The notes beneath the pieces were generated by a model that was given only the letters and a program-made list of their open reading frames with translations, made no database searches and was not told the DNA's origin. From assembly GCA_016197185.1 (NCBI GenBank), contig JACPWH010000187.1, positions 1-56,358 on the forward strand: a DNA stretch of 56,358 bases, read 5' to 3'. The stretch comes from Ignavibacteriota bacterium. GTDB lineage: Bacteria; Bacteroidota; Ignavibacteria; Kapaibacteriales; UBA961. Both the position numbers and the translations under genes were made by a program. Shown in pieces: positions 29,179 through 39,300 of the stretch (positions are counted from its first letter, which is position 1; every line of letters begins with the position of its first letter).

Positions 29179-30405
29179 TTATTTAATAAATTTAATGTAT
29201 TTTCTTTTATTTTCTGCATTTGTAATTATTTCAACGATATAAGCACCATTTTGTATTAAGTTCTGTGGCAAACTAACATTGAATGATGGATACTCTATTT
29301 TAAATCTAACCAATTCAATACCTAAAATATTGAATATTCCTACTTCATTAATAATTTCTGATGAAAACAATTTTATGTTGTTATCACTTTCTATAATCTG
29401 CAAATCAAATTTTACTATATCTTGATCTACTTCTACTGACATTATTGAGTCAGATTTAATTTTTCTAATGTTTGCTATATCACCGCTCAATTTTTTTATG
29501 CAAGTACAAACATTTGTTTGTACTATTCTTGCTGATATAGGTGATGTGAAATTTGAATCTTTTAAAGATTTTAATTTCAAACGTAACGCTGGCAAAGATG
29601 TTTGGAAGTTTTGACTAAAACTGATTTTAACTTGAGTACTATCTTCGTTCTCAATAATTGTATCAATAATTATACTGTTTTGCAGGGTAACTATCGATAC
29701 AATATTCAACAATTTTGAATCACTTGCTCTAAATACAATATTTGCATTTTTTAGTTGCGCATTTTGTTGGAATTGAAGTAGGAGATCAATATCATCAATT
29801 GAATCATTTTTACCTATTTCTAATTCTTTTTGTATAAATAAAGTCTTGAATTCTCTACCGTTTAAATCAGCTACTTCACCTTTAATATATTTCTCTTCAT
29901 CAAATTTAACGTTCCGAACTGTTGTAATGTTTTGATATTCAGCTTCGAAATCACTAATTCTTATCGATGTAAATCCCTCGCATGAATCTTTGTATCTCCC
30001 TTTGAAAGCAATCAAAGGTTCACTACCCTTTACAAAGCTTGAGCCATTTTGAATGAATGCTACCGCATGATAAACACCCGGTTCGAAAAGCCCAAAATAG
30101 CTAAAACCTCCTGCAGCTTCAATTTTACTAGTTAGTGTATTCGGTTTAATTGGCTGTTCTATTATTATTTTATCTTTATCAAACTCAAGATAAAAGTCGT
30201 AACCAATAAGACTGTCTTTTGCATATATTTCATTTGTCTGAACGTATATTTCAATCCTTTTTTCCGAATTACAGACATCTATTATTGATGTAGATGGTAT
30301 AATTTCTACTTTTAAGGTATCCTGAGCTTTCCCTTTCTGCATACCGCTGAGGATTAAAATCACCAGCGGTAGCAGATATGAGAATATTGTTTTGCTATGA
30401 CTCAT
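29179..30405 (-). CDS. Secreted protein (408 aa) with a cohesin-like N-terminal domain and a divergent T9SS-CTD-like end
   Basis: Signal peptide ...LSGMQKGKAQ. The N-terminal domain reads LKVEIIPSTSIIDVCNSEKRIEIYVQTNEIYAKDSLIGYDFYLEFDKDKIII. The C-terminus reads INEVGIFNILGIELVRFKIE...GAYIVEIITNAENKRKYIKFIK. The gene starts 7 nt after the upstream stop. Confidence 0.78.
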   Translation of the reverse strand: MSHSKTIFSYLLPLVILILSGMQKGKAQDTLKVEIIPSTSIIDVCNSEKRIEIYVQTNEIYAKDSLIGYDFYLEFDKDKIIIEQPIKPNTLTSKIEAAGGFSYFGLFEPGVYHAVAFIQNGSSFVKGSEPLIAFKGRYKDSCEGFTSIRISDFEAEYQNITTVRNVKFDEEKYIKGEVADLNGREFKTLFIQKELEIGKNDSIDDIDLLLQFQQNAQLKNANIVFRASDSKLLNIVSIVTLQNSIIIDTIIENEDSTQVKISFSQNFQTSLPALRLKLKSLKDSNFTSPISARIVQTNVCTCIKKLSGDIANIRKIKSDSIMSVEVDQDIVKFDLQIIESDNNIKLFSSEIINEVGIFNILGIELVRFKIEYPSFNVSLPQNLIQNGAYIVEIITNAENKRKYIKFIK

Positions 30406-30412
30406 TGTAAAA

Positions 30413-33217
30413 TTATTTTACAATTGATATCTTTTGCGTATAGATTTGATTATTACCTTTCAAACGAACAAAATAAACACCGTTGTTAAGTGATTGCCCA
30501 TTGTTATCATAACCGTTCCACTCAAAAGACATCGAACCTGATTTTGAATTACCATTAAAGATTGCTTTAACATCCTTACCTACTACATCAACTATATCAA
30601 TAGTATAGAATCCATCAGTAGGAATGTTGAATTCCAATTTTGTTGACGATGAGAATGGATTCGGGAATGTAGATATAACACCGGTAACTGCTAAATCTTT
30701 TTCTTCTAATGTTAGAGATTGTGCGTTTTGTCTTCTCTCATTGAATTCAACAGTTGATGTATTAAGCACACCATTTTGAGTTTCTACTGTCACATAAGCA
30801 ATTGGATCAATTTCATTAAATTCACCTGAAGCAGCAATAACTATTTTACTGTCATTGTGATCTGCTACAATTGTATTTGATTGATTTTCAATTGTCTCGA
30901 CATCCAGTACTTTTCCGTCAACTGTAAATTCGGCACTTATTCCATTAGCAGTACCGTTAAGATAGACCGGTATTTTATATATATTATTTGCTAAAGTAGT
31001 GTAAGTATTTAGCTTGATGTTATCCGCAGGTTTAGTTCCTATAGTAGCTTTTCCAAAAATTCCTAATGTATCCCATATCCATGGCAAAGAAGGAATTCTT
31101 GCTGAAATATACATAAGAATATCACTTGCATCCTTAGCATTTGCTTCATAATAAATCAAACGTAATGGACCTGCATCCGGTGGAAGACCTGCTAAACTTT
31201 CTACAGAATCTCTTCTTTTTCTTACACCGAAAGTATCAACATCAATTGCTCTTCTCCATAGAATTGTATCTCTCAGATTATCAAGAGTTCTTGATGAATA
31301 ATAGTAACGACCGTTATGATTAACATCAGCATGATAATTATTACCTAAGCGTAATGTATCTTTTCTTAAGCTGTCAGGTAATGATTTATCTTGAATCAAC
31401 CATCTCATGATTAATCTTGAATCATTCACTGTTACAAATCTGTTTTGAATCATCGCAGCGTGTTTACGTACACGAATTTGACTTAAATCTGCATCTCCGT
31501 CACCCCAACCAGGACTGGCTGAACGTGGAATAGCTCTGAAGAATATTCTTCTGCCTTCGCCATTATTAGTTCCGCTTGATGGTCTCCAGTTTTGAGTTAG
31601 CTGCTCACTTGTGAAAGCTGTTTGAATATTATCATAGGTAAGTCCGTTGATAAAATCGCTTTTGATAAGGAACAACCCGCTTGCAGAGCCTTTTAAACCA
31701 ACTGAAGCATTTTTGTATGAAACAGTTGTCAGAGGAGTAAATGTATTTCCACCAACATCACCGTAAGCAAATTCAACTCCGCCTGCAAAGTTATTAGGGA
31801 ATCTATCATCAACACCTTCATAAAGGATTGCTTGGAAATTACCTACACTTGAAGGCAGTGTTTCATCCATTATATTCAAGTTTTTCCACTGAACAATCAA
31901 TCTTCTGTTTGGATATGAACCAAGAACCAAGTAAGATATTTCCGATCCTAAGTACTGACCGTTTGAAGATGGAGTGGCTTGCTCACCCGGCACTCTTAAA
32001 TAGTGATCACCCCAGAAAGGAGCAATTACATTGTTTGGATACGAAGAGCTGTAAAGGAACAATCCATTGGCTTGATCATTTGCAATTGATGAAAAGACAT
32101 CAGGATTTTGGAATGTAGCAAATCCATTAACATTAATCCAAATACTTGGCTGTTTAATTCCTTGGAAATTAAAGTCAAAATTTAATGAACTTAAATCAAC
32201 TCTGTAAAACCCGTCATCTCTATCAGTTCTAAAACCATTAACCTGAGGTATAAATCTTGATTCAAACCAAATAGGATTAATTGCTAACGATTTTTGATAA
32301 GCTTCAAAACGAATAATACTGGAAACAGTACCTGATGGAACCCATCCCGAAGTTAATGCAGTTGAAGTAGTAGCAAGGTTTGGATTGATATATGAGAGAC
32401 CATTTAAATATTCTCCATTCGCACCTTTTAGACCAACTGATGCACCATTGTAATATGTTGGATCAACAGGACCATTACCACCAAAAGGACCATAGGAGAA
32501 ATCAATGTCATTTTGAGTGTTTAATTGTGGCTGACCGGCATTTGTCGGTATTTGTCTTTCCCACAGAATAACTTGAAAATTAGCTAATGCTGCATTATCG
32601 GTTGCTGCATTTCCTTTAATATTTACACTTAGATTTTTCCACTGTATAACGATTTTTCTTTTAGGAGCAGCACCAAAAACTTGCCATGATATATCGGATT
32701 CTTTTCCTACTACATCAGTTTGGTAAAGATGATTTCCCCAATAAGGGGCTATTATGTTTGAAGGCAGAACATTTGCAAATAAATCAGAACTAGAATTACC
32801 AACATATCCCGGAGCTACTGGACTAGTATTTACTATTACAAAACCATTTACCGATATCCATAAGTATCCTGTTCCAGCAGGATAAGTAGTTCCATTATAC
32901 TGAATGGTAAATGGAAGTTGAGCTTGCAAATATCCTGCATCTGCAGCTGGAGATCCTTTAGCAGGCGGAATCATTTTAACTCTGTCCGGACCATTTTCAG
33001 TTAATTCATTGTAAACAACATTGCTTACTAACATTGGACCATTGTATCTGCTTGCGAAAGACAAAGGGCTTATACTGTAATCTTTGTACAGTTTCCCTTC
33101 GTTTATAACCGGCGCATCGAATTCATCATAAATTCTTTGTGCCTTAACTTGGGTTGATAGCAGTAGCGTAAAAGATAATGCTGCTATCAACGCTAAAAAT
33201 ATACGTCTACGATTCAT
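30413..33217 (-). CDS. Secreted T9SS cargo (934 aa): duplicated NIDO-like module, a possible dockerin-like segment, a cohesin-like domain and a CTD
   Basis: The track start at 33256 is GTG. I used the ATG at 33215-33217 (GGAG lies 7 nt upstream), which gives the signal peptide MNRRRIFLALIAALSFTLLLSTQVKAQ. The CTD reads STFPNPFSSSTKLEFNIPTDGFYTIDIVDVVGKDV...GVYFVRLKGNNQIYTQKISIVK. Confidence 0.85.
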   Translation of the reverse strand: MNRRRIFLALIAALSFTLLLSTQVKAQRIYDEFDAPVINEGKLYKDYSISPLSFASRYNGPMLVSNVVYNELTENGPDRVKMIPPAKGSPAADAGYLQAQLPFTIQYNGTTYPAGTGYLWISVNGFVIVNTSPVAPGYVGNSSSDLFANVLPSNIIAPYWGNHLYQTDVVGKESDISWQVFGAAPKRKIVIQWKNLSVNIKGNAATDNAALANFQVILWERQIPTNAGQPQLNTQNDIDFSYGPFGGNGPVDPTYYNGASVGLKGANGEYLNGLSYINPNLATTSTALTSGWVPSGTVSSIIRFEAYQKSLAINPIWFESRFIPQVNGFRTDRDDGFYRVDLSSLNFDFNFQGIKQPSIWINVNGFATFQNPDVFSSIANDQANGLFLYSSSYPNNVIAPFWGDHYLRVPGEQATPSSNGQYLGSEISYLVLGSYPNRRLIVQWKNLNIMDETLPSSVGNFQAILYEGVDDRFPNNFAGGVEFAYGDVGGNTFTPLTTVSYKNASVGLKGSASGLFLIKSDFINGLTYDNIQTAFTSEQLTQNWRPSSGTNNGEGRRIFFRAIPRSASPGWGDGDADLSQIRVRKHAAMIQNRFVTVNDSRLIMRWLIQDKSLPDSLRKDTLRLGNNYHADVNHNGRYYYSSRTLDNLRDTILWRRAIDVDTFGVRKRRDSVESLAGLPPDAGPLRLIYYEANAKDASDILMYISARIPSLPWIWDTLGIFGKATIGTKPADNIKLNTYTTLANNIYKIPVYLNGTANGISAEFTVDGKVLDVETIENQSNTIVADHNDSKIVIAASGEFNEIDPIAYVTVETQNGVLNTSTVEFNERRQNAQSLTLEEKDLAVTGVISTFPNPFSSSTKLEFNIPTDGFYTIDIVDVVGKDVKAIFNGNSKSGSMSFEWNGYDNNGQSLNNGVYFVRLKGNNQIYTQKISIVK
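31529..32935 (-). repeat. Internal tandem duplication (coding) of a ~215-aa NIDO-like module (copy 1 at 32297-32935, copy 2 at 31529-32209)
   Basis: Copy 1: WISVNGFVIV...NIIAPYWGNHLY...KIVIQWKNLS...ANFQVILWE...IDFSYGPFGG...ASVGLKGANG...NGLSY. Copy 2: WINVNGFATF...NVIAPFWGDHYL...RLIVQWKNLN...GNFQAILYE...VEFAYGDVGG...ASVGLKGSAS...NGLTY. Confidence 0.7.
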
Positions 33218-33275
33218 AAAGACTCCAAATATTTTTTTTCTAAATAATTTTTTCACGTTGTTAATTGTGATGGCG

Positions 33276-33306
33276 TTTGGCTCTCTTTATTGCAAAGAGA
33301 GCCAAA
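33276..33306 (-). other. Perfect 13-bp intercistronic stem-loop between the 2490-aa and 934-aa genes (no T-tail)
   Basis: TTTGGCTCTCTTT (33276-33288) and AAAGAGAGCCAAA (33294-33306) flank a 5-nt loop. It sits 14 nt after the stop of the giant gene. No U-run follows on either strand. Confidence 0.5.
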
Positions 33307-33319
33307 TCCATTCAATAAT

Positions 33320-36300
33320 TTATCTAACAAGCATCATTCTTTGTGCTGTGCTAAATGCTCCTGATGTCATTTTTACAAAATAGACACCTGAAACCATATT
33401 AACTCCTGCATCATTCTTTGCGTCCCATTTAATTTCAGTTTTACCTGCACTTAAGAAACCATCAACAAGAGTTTTTACTTTATTACCCATAGCGTCATAC
33501 ACTTCAACCTTTACATTTGAAGCTGTTGGTATGCTCATTATCATGTTTGATTGACCTGAAGACGGATTAGGATTGCTTTCACCTAATTCAAAAGAAGTAG
33601 GCATACCTGTTTCAGGCTCATTAACTGCACTGATAAAGTCATATATAATGATAAAGCCATCAATATCATCTTTATTAACTCTAATAGTAGAGATACTTCC
33701 ACTTTGGTCATAATCAACAATAGTTGATGCATGAGCACCTTGTCCGGTTCTCATATTGTAACCAAAGAAATTACCGTTTGAAATATTATCTCTTATCCAC
33801 CATGTAGCACCGCTTGGGTTCTTAGTGGTATTAGTTTTATCAGGAACATCATCTCTATTCCAAGAAATTGTTACAGGGAAGGCATGTGAAAGACTACCTG
33901 TAATGTCACCTGCTTGGAATCTTGCTTTGTATGTTGAAGAATTAGCATCTTTAGGTACTGAAGTCGGGAATATATTCCTTATAATACCATTTCTCAATGC
34001 AATTGTCCAACGTGCATCAAATACATCTCTTGGTGGAATTGGAGGAAGCTCGAATTCACAATAATTTGAATCTAATCTTCCTAACTCGTCTGCTTTTTCA
34101 CCAGTAGTTGCATTTTTTGCCGAGCCGAAGTAAAGTACTTGGAATGCACCCAAATCTTTGTTGTTAGAAACAGTAACCGGAACCAAGAAGTCTGTTGGAT
34201 CAGATATATTAAGTTTATATTCTAAAAACTTAGTTACTTCACCATCTGTAATTTGCACTCTTATTGTAATCTTTCCATCAACCACTGCGTTTGCAGGGAA
34301 TGTAAAAGGACCATTTGATTTGATAATTACTTTTTGAGTAGTGTCAACTTTAGTACCTCTGATAGCAGCAGGTTCAATAGTCAGATTAGTTCCTGTTGGG
34401 GAAACAATTGATATTCTGATTTCTTCTATAATCGGATCAAATGTAGCTGAAGTATCCCACCATGGTTTTTCTCTTAACAAATCTAAATCTTGTGCAAAGA
34501 GAGTGTCCAAATATGTATCACCATCACCAATGCAACGTACTATTGGTGCTGTCAACAATTTAGGATCATGATTCGAAGAATCAACTTCCAATATAAATGT
34601 TTTAACATCATTTAAACCACCTGCATCAGTAATCACTACAGTCACTGTATCAGGGTTGCCCAATGTTATAGAACGTGGAGCATCCTTAATACCAGGTGTA
34701 CCTGATAAAAGACCGCTAACCGGATTGATTTTTAACCATTTTGGAGTTTTCTTGATACCTCTAACATCCCAGAAACCTGCTTCTCTGAAACAAGGATCTT
34801 TTGCAATCATTGTATCTGCGTCTGTTGGGTACAACAATTTGAATTTCTGAGCTTGACCAAAGTTAGGGTCGAAATATTCGATTTTTCTAGGTCTGTTAAG
34901 AAGATCCGTGTTATAGTCTAAGCCTTCTTTAGCTTTATCCAAACTTGTGTTTAAGATAGTAGGTGATACGTTTACAAAAACACGTTTGGTTAAATAGCTA
35001 AGTCCACCGTGACCGTCATTTACAACCAAAGTGATCAATGTGTCCGTATTAAGTCCACCATTTGCTTGATCTGCAGGGCTGAGAGGTTTTAATAAATTCA
35101 AAGCCTCAGCTCGAGGAATACGGATATTTGCAACACCACGTTCAGTAAAGTCAGAACCGAATTTATCAGAGAATGACAATACATGATCAACCAAGTAAAC
35201 TGCAGTATCCAATACTATAGGAATTAGAGGACCATTGTCGGTCATTCTTTGTCTAATATCAATTACCGTATCTCTTTTCACAACCTTAGATGTTGAATAG
35301 TTATTGATAACAGTTACATCAGTAACAATACTATCCACTTGGAAAATATTTACAGTAGTCGAATCCTTAAATCCATTCACCAATATCTTAACATTAGCAG
35401 CGTATTGCGTGTCTATTGTATTTTCAATATTGATTGTTGCCTTGTCGCCAAGCAATACATCTTCTCTAAACATATATTGCTCAACCATCCAATTAGGTCT
35501 AACTTGATATATCTCATCTATTGAAGTATCACCCGGAGTCGTTCTTATTGATTTTGAAAGGAACGCATACGAAGTTTTACCATATTTGAAATCCCAGTTT
35601 TCTCTATTTGCAGCTACTGAATCTTCTTTTTCGTCATCTGTATTGAAGTCTGCATAGAAACGCAGTTTATCAGTTACATTCGCAACTAAAAGTTGTTGTG
35701 TACCCAAACCGCAAGCTGCACTTGGTCTTGTTGTGTTAGCAAAAACAGGCAAGCTATCCATTACAAAAATCATAAAACGATATACTGAAGAATCAGATGA
35801 ACCGAAATTCAATGTATCTTGGTTCAAATAACGCGCATTTCCAATTGGAGGACTTACAATAGGATCAGAATCATATTTCTGAGCGTGGAAATAAGAAGGA
35901 TACAAATAAATAAATTTGGATAAAGTATCAACTATAAATGCACTGTCTGTTGGATTCCCTGATGAATCAGCTCTTGAATGTAAATAAATGTTTTTGAGTG
36001 CATCTACAATTCTTGCACTTGAAGCATAGTTTTTGACAACAACTTCCATCCATTCACCACCTGGAACTACATACGGATTCGATGGTTTTCCTTTAAGCTC
36101 TACCCAACCTGTAGCACCATAATACGATGGATTTGGTGTGCGAGGCGTAATTGTTTTTGGGTTTTTTGTCGGCCAAATAGTATCAGCTGTAATCCATCTG
36201 CGTAATGCAGTCAATTTATTTGGGAATACATCTCTAACTGTATCACCGTAAGGTCCTACATAAAGCGGGAACCATGAAATTTCAAGCTGATTATATCTTT

Positions 36301-39300
36301 TGAGTGTTGTATCATTCGGTTTAATAGCACCATTAGCATCAATATCCAATGCCCAACGTGGGTCATACATTAAATTTGAATCAATAGCTGATATTACAAA
36401 AATCGAATCACGTCCTTTTTTGTTAGGATCCGGAACTCTGCTATAGCTTTCATCTTCTTCTACAAAGATTTTGTTTTTATAACTGCTAAAATATATAGCA
36501 CTAACTTTTGGATTTTCTGTTGTTATCTTATTGCCAGTAAATACAGGTGGAGGAGTAGAAGTTGTAATTCTAAATCCTAAACCTTTATCGATAGCAGTAT
36601 CTACGCCATCTCTCCATAAAACTGTTCTTGAGATAACTCTTACAAAATCACCCGGACGAACAGGTAATGTATTCCAGCGTTCACCAGCAAAATATGTTAC
36701 AATTGTATCTGAACCGCTTGCTAACGATGCAGGCATACTTGGTCTATTTGAATAAATAACTCTTTGACCATTGTTATAAAGAATACCTCTTTTGTTTAAG
36801 GCTGAAGACATAAATACATCGTATTTTCTTCCACCTAATGCTGAAATGTCCTCATTATAAGCTGTATCAGCTAATCTTGGCAATAATGTTTCCGTGCCGC
36901 CAAAATTATAAAGACCCTCATAAGTTCTACGAACACGAGCACTTGTGCCTGTTCTTTCTGATGAATCAGGAACAAAATCTACTCTTCCGCGAAGAATTTC
37001 CTTTGGATAAACACCATCATTATTTAATGTCTGAACATCTGTAAATTGATTCATGTTTATACGGATGTAATCTCCCGTTGAATCATTTATTACAAAAAAT
37101 ACAGAACCATTTAATGTTGTAGGGTCATCATTATTCGAATTAATGTCTTCACCTTGGTATCTTGCTCTTGCTTCCAAGAATAGAGGATATCCAATCGGAT
37201 GACTTTGTTCATTTGTTCTATAGTCAGGAGCAAATTCAGTTTGCAATCTTCTTAATTGTCTCCACAAAACATTTTCTCTATTTGTAGCATAGTTAAGAGA
37301 GTCAGTTGCAAAAGGATCTTTTGTCAATCTACGTACATATTTGTTAAATGATGCTTTTGTAGAATTTGAATAACGCTGTAGTTTCGGTGGAATACCGACA
37401 GAGAAATCTTCAATTGGGGACATTCTTCTTGCTGAATAATCAGCAGTTTTCATATCCGTACCTTTATCAAAGAAATCATAAATACGACCAGCCATCAAAA
37501 GTGTATCCGGAATTTTTCCAATTTGTATCGGAGTGTAGGTATATCCGGGGAAGCCATTTTGTTCAAATGGTCCTTGTTGTGTATCGTCAGTTCTTCCTGT
37601 TCTTAGGAATCTCATGTGAGTATTGCCGTTACCCTGTATAAAGAAGGTTTCTTGAATACCGCCATTTACAAATCCGGGTTGTGAAGTTTTAATTACTGTA
37701 TTGACATTTGCCTGAGTAGCACCCCAATAGTTTCCTCTCAAAGTATCAACACCACCAAAACCAATACCTGCACCCCCTGAAAGCACACTTTTTGAATTTG
37801 GTGCATCAGGCAAACGGATAATAAATCTTGCATCATTATCATATATTGAGTTTGCAGCTATATTAAATGATGTCCATGGAATAGGACCGATAATATCACC
37901 ATAGAAAGTTGCGCCGGCTAAATCACTTGAAGCTTGATTATCAGGGTTGATAAATGGTCCACTTATCACATCTTGAGTTCTACCTACAGGAGATGTAGCT
38001 CTGTTAGAAGTAACCAAACATCTTGTTAAAACAAGTTTCAAATCATAGTTATCTGAATAAACCGCTGATCCGGTATATGCTGTATTGTTTTGAATACGAA
38101 CACGGTTTAAAAATACTGAGTCTGTTCTGTATCTTCGATTGAGTGTAACACTATCCAATATATAGATCGCACCACCCATACCGATACCATTTTCACGTAA
38201 TCCGTTTCCTAAAACATCACGGATAAATCCAGGGTGGAATCTTTTTATATCAATAATATTTGCACCCATTTGTGTTGCTCCGCTACCTAATAATCTTGAA
38301 TCAGGGTTTGGTTCTGCAATATTATTGTAAAATCTTGTTAAGCTTCTTACATCAGCAGCAACCGCAGCAATTTTTCTATTGTCATAAAGGCTGTCATTAG
38401 AAATATAAGCTGTTGCTGTTCCATTAGGCTGAATTGTTAACTGGTCAGCATCAGTAATGAAGAATCTTTTTGAAGAAGTGCGTGGATGTATCATCGCAAT
38501 CGCACCACCATTACTATTGAAAGCACTGTTATTATTAAATTCAACACCTTTTACAACATTCAAATCACCATTCATTGAATAAACCGCACCACCACCTCTT
38601 ACTTGTTTCAACATTTCAAGACCGGTTGAAGAAGCAAAGCGACCTGTTGTATTATTCAAGAATTGAGTTCTTACCAATCTAATGTAGCGTTGTTCGATTG
38701 GAACCGGAGGTTCAATACTTGGTAAATGTATTGCAATAGCACCTCCAGAAAGACCTGATGTGTTATTCGCAAAACGAATACTGAATCCTGTCCCATACGA
38801 TTGCGCCAAAGGAAGATCATTTATAAATCCACCCGCACCATAAGAAGTCATATTTCTTTTTGTAAATACTGCTCCGCCATGTGCGATTGCCGTATTGTTT
38901 TCGAAGTTGATTCTTCTTCCATAATCTCTTAATCTTGGATTTGGAATATCAGAACCACCAATAATCGGAGAAGGACGAGGGTCTGTATTTCCATCAACAT
39001 ATACTGCACCACCCGACCCTGCTCTATTATTTACGAATTCCGTTCCAAGGCTTGGATGACCTCTAAGTTGCAAACGACCTAATGTGTTTTCGTGGAATAT
39101 CGCACCACCTAAAGCATATTGATCACTATTGCTGTTTGCTTGGTACGGAGTTTCAGCATAATTATTCGTAAACGAACCGTTAATAATCATGGATGTATAT
39201 TTACCAATATACAACGCTCCACCTTTCGCTCCTCTTGAATTTGGAGAGAATTGGCGGTTTGTAACATGATTGTTAATGAATGTAACAAAGTCTTTTGAAC

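Noticed and set aside
29151-29219. Upstream ATG start for the 1052-aa ORF, which would overlap the 408-aa gene by 41 nt
   Set aside because: The internal ATG at 29150 is preceded by AAGGAGAGAG and starts a typical signal peptide. The extra 23 residues (MQKIKENTLNLLNKSSYNIKERV) are hydrophilic and would bury the signal peptide.
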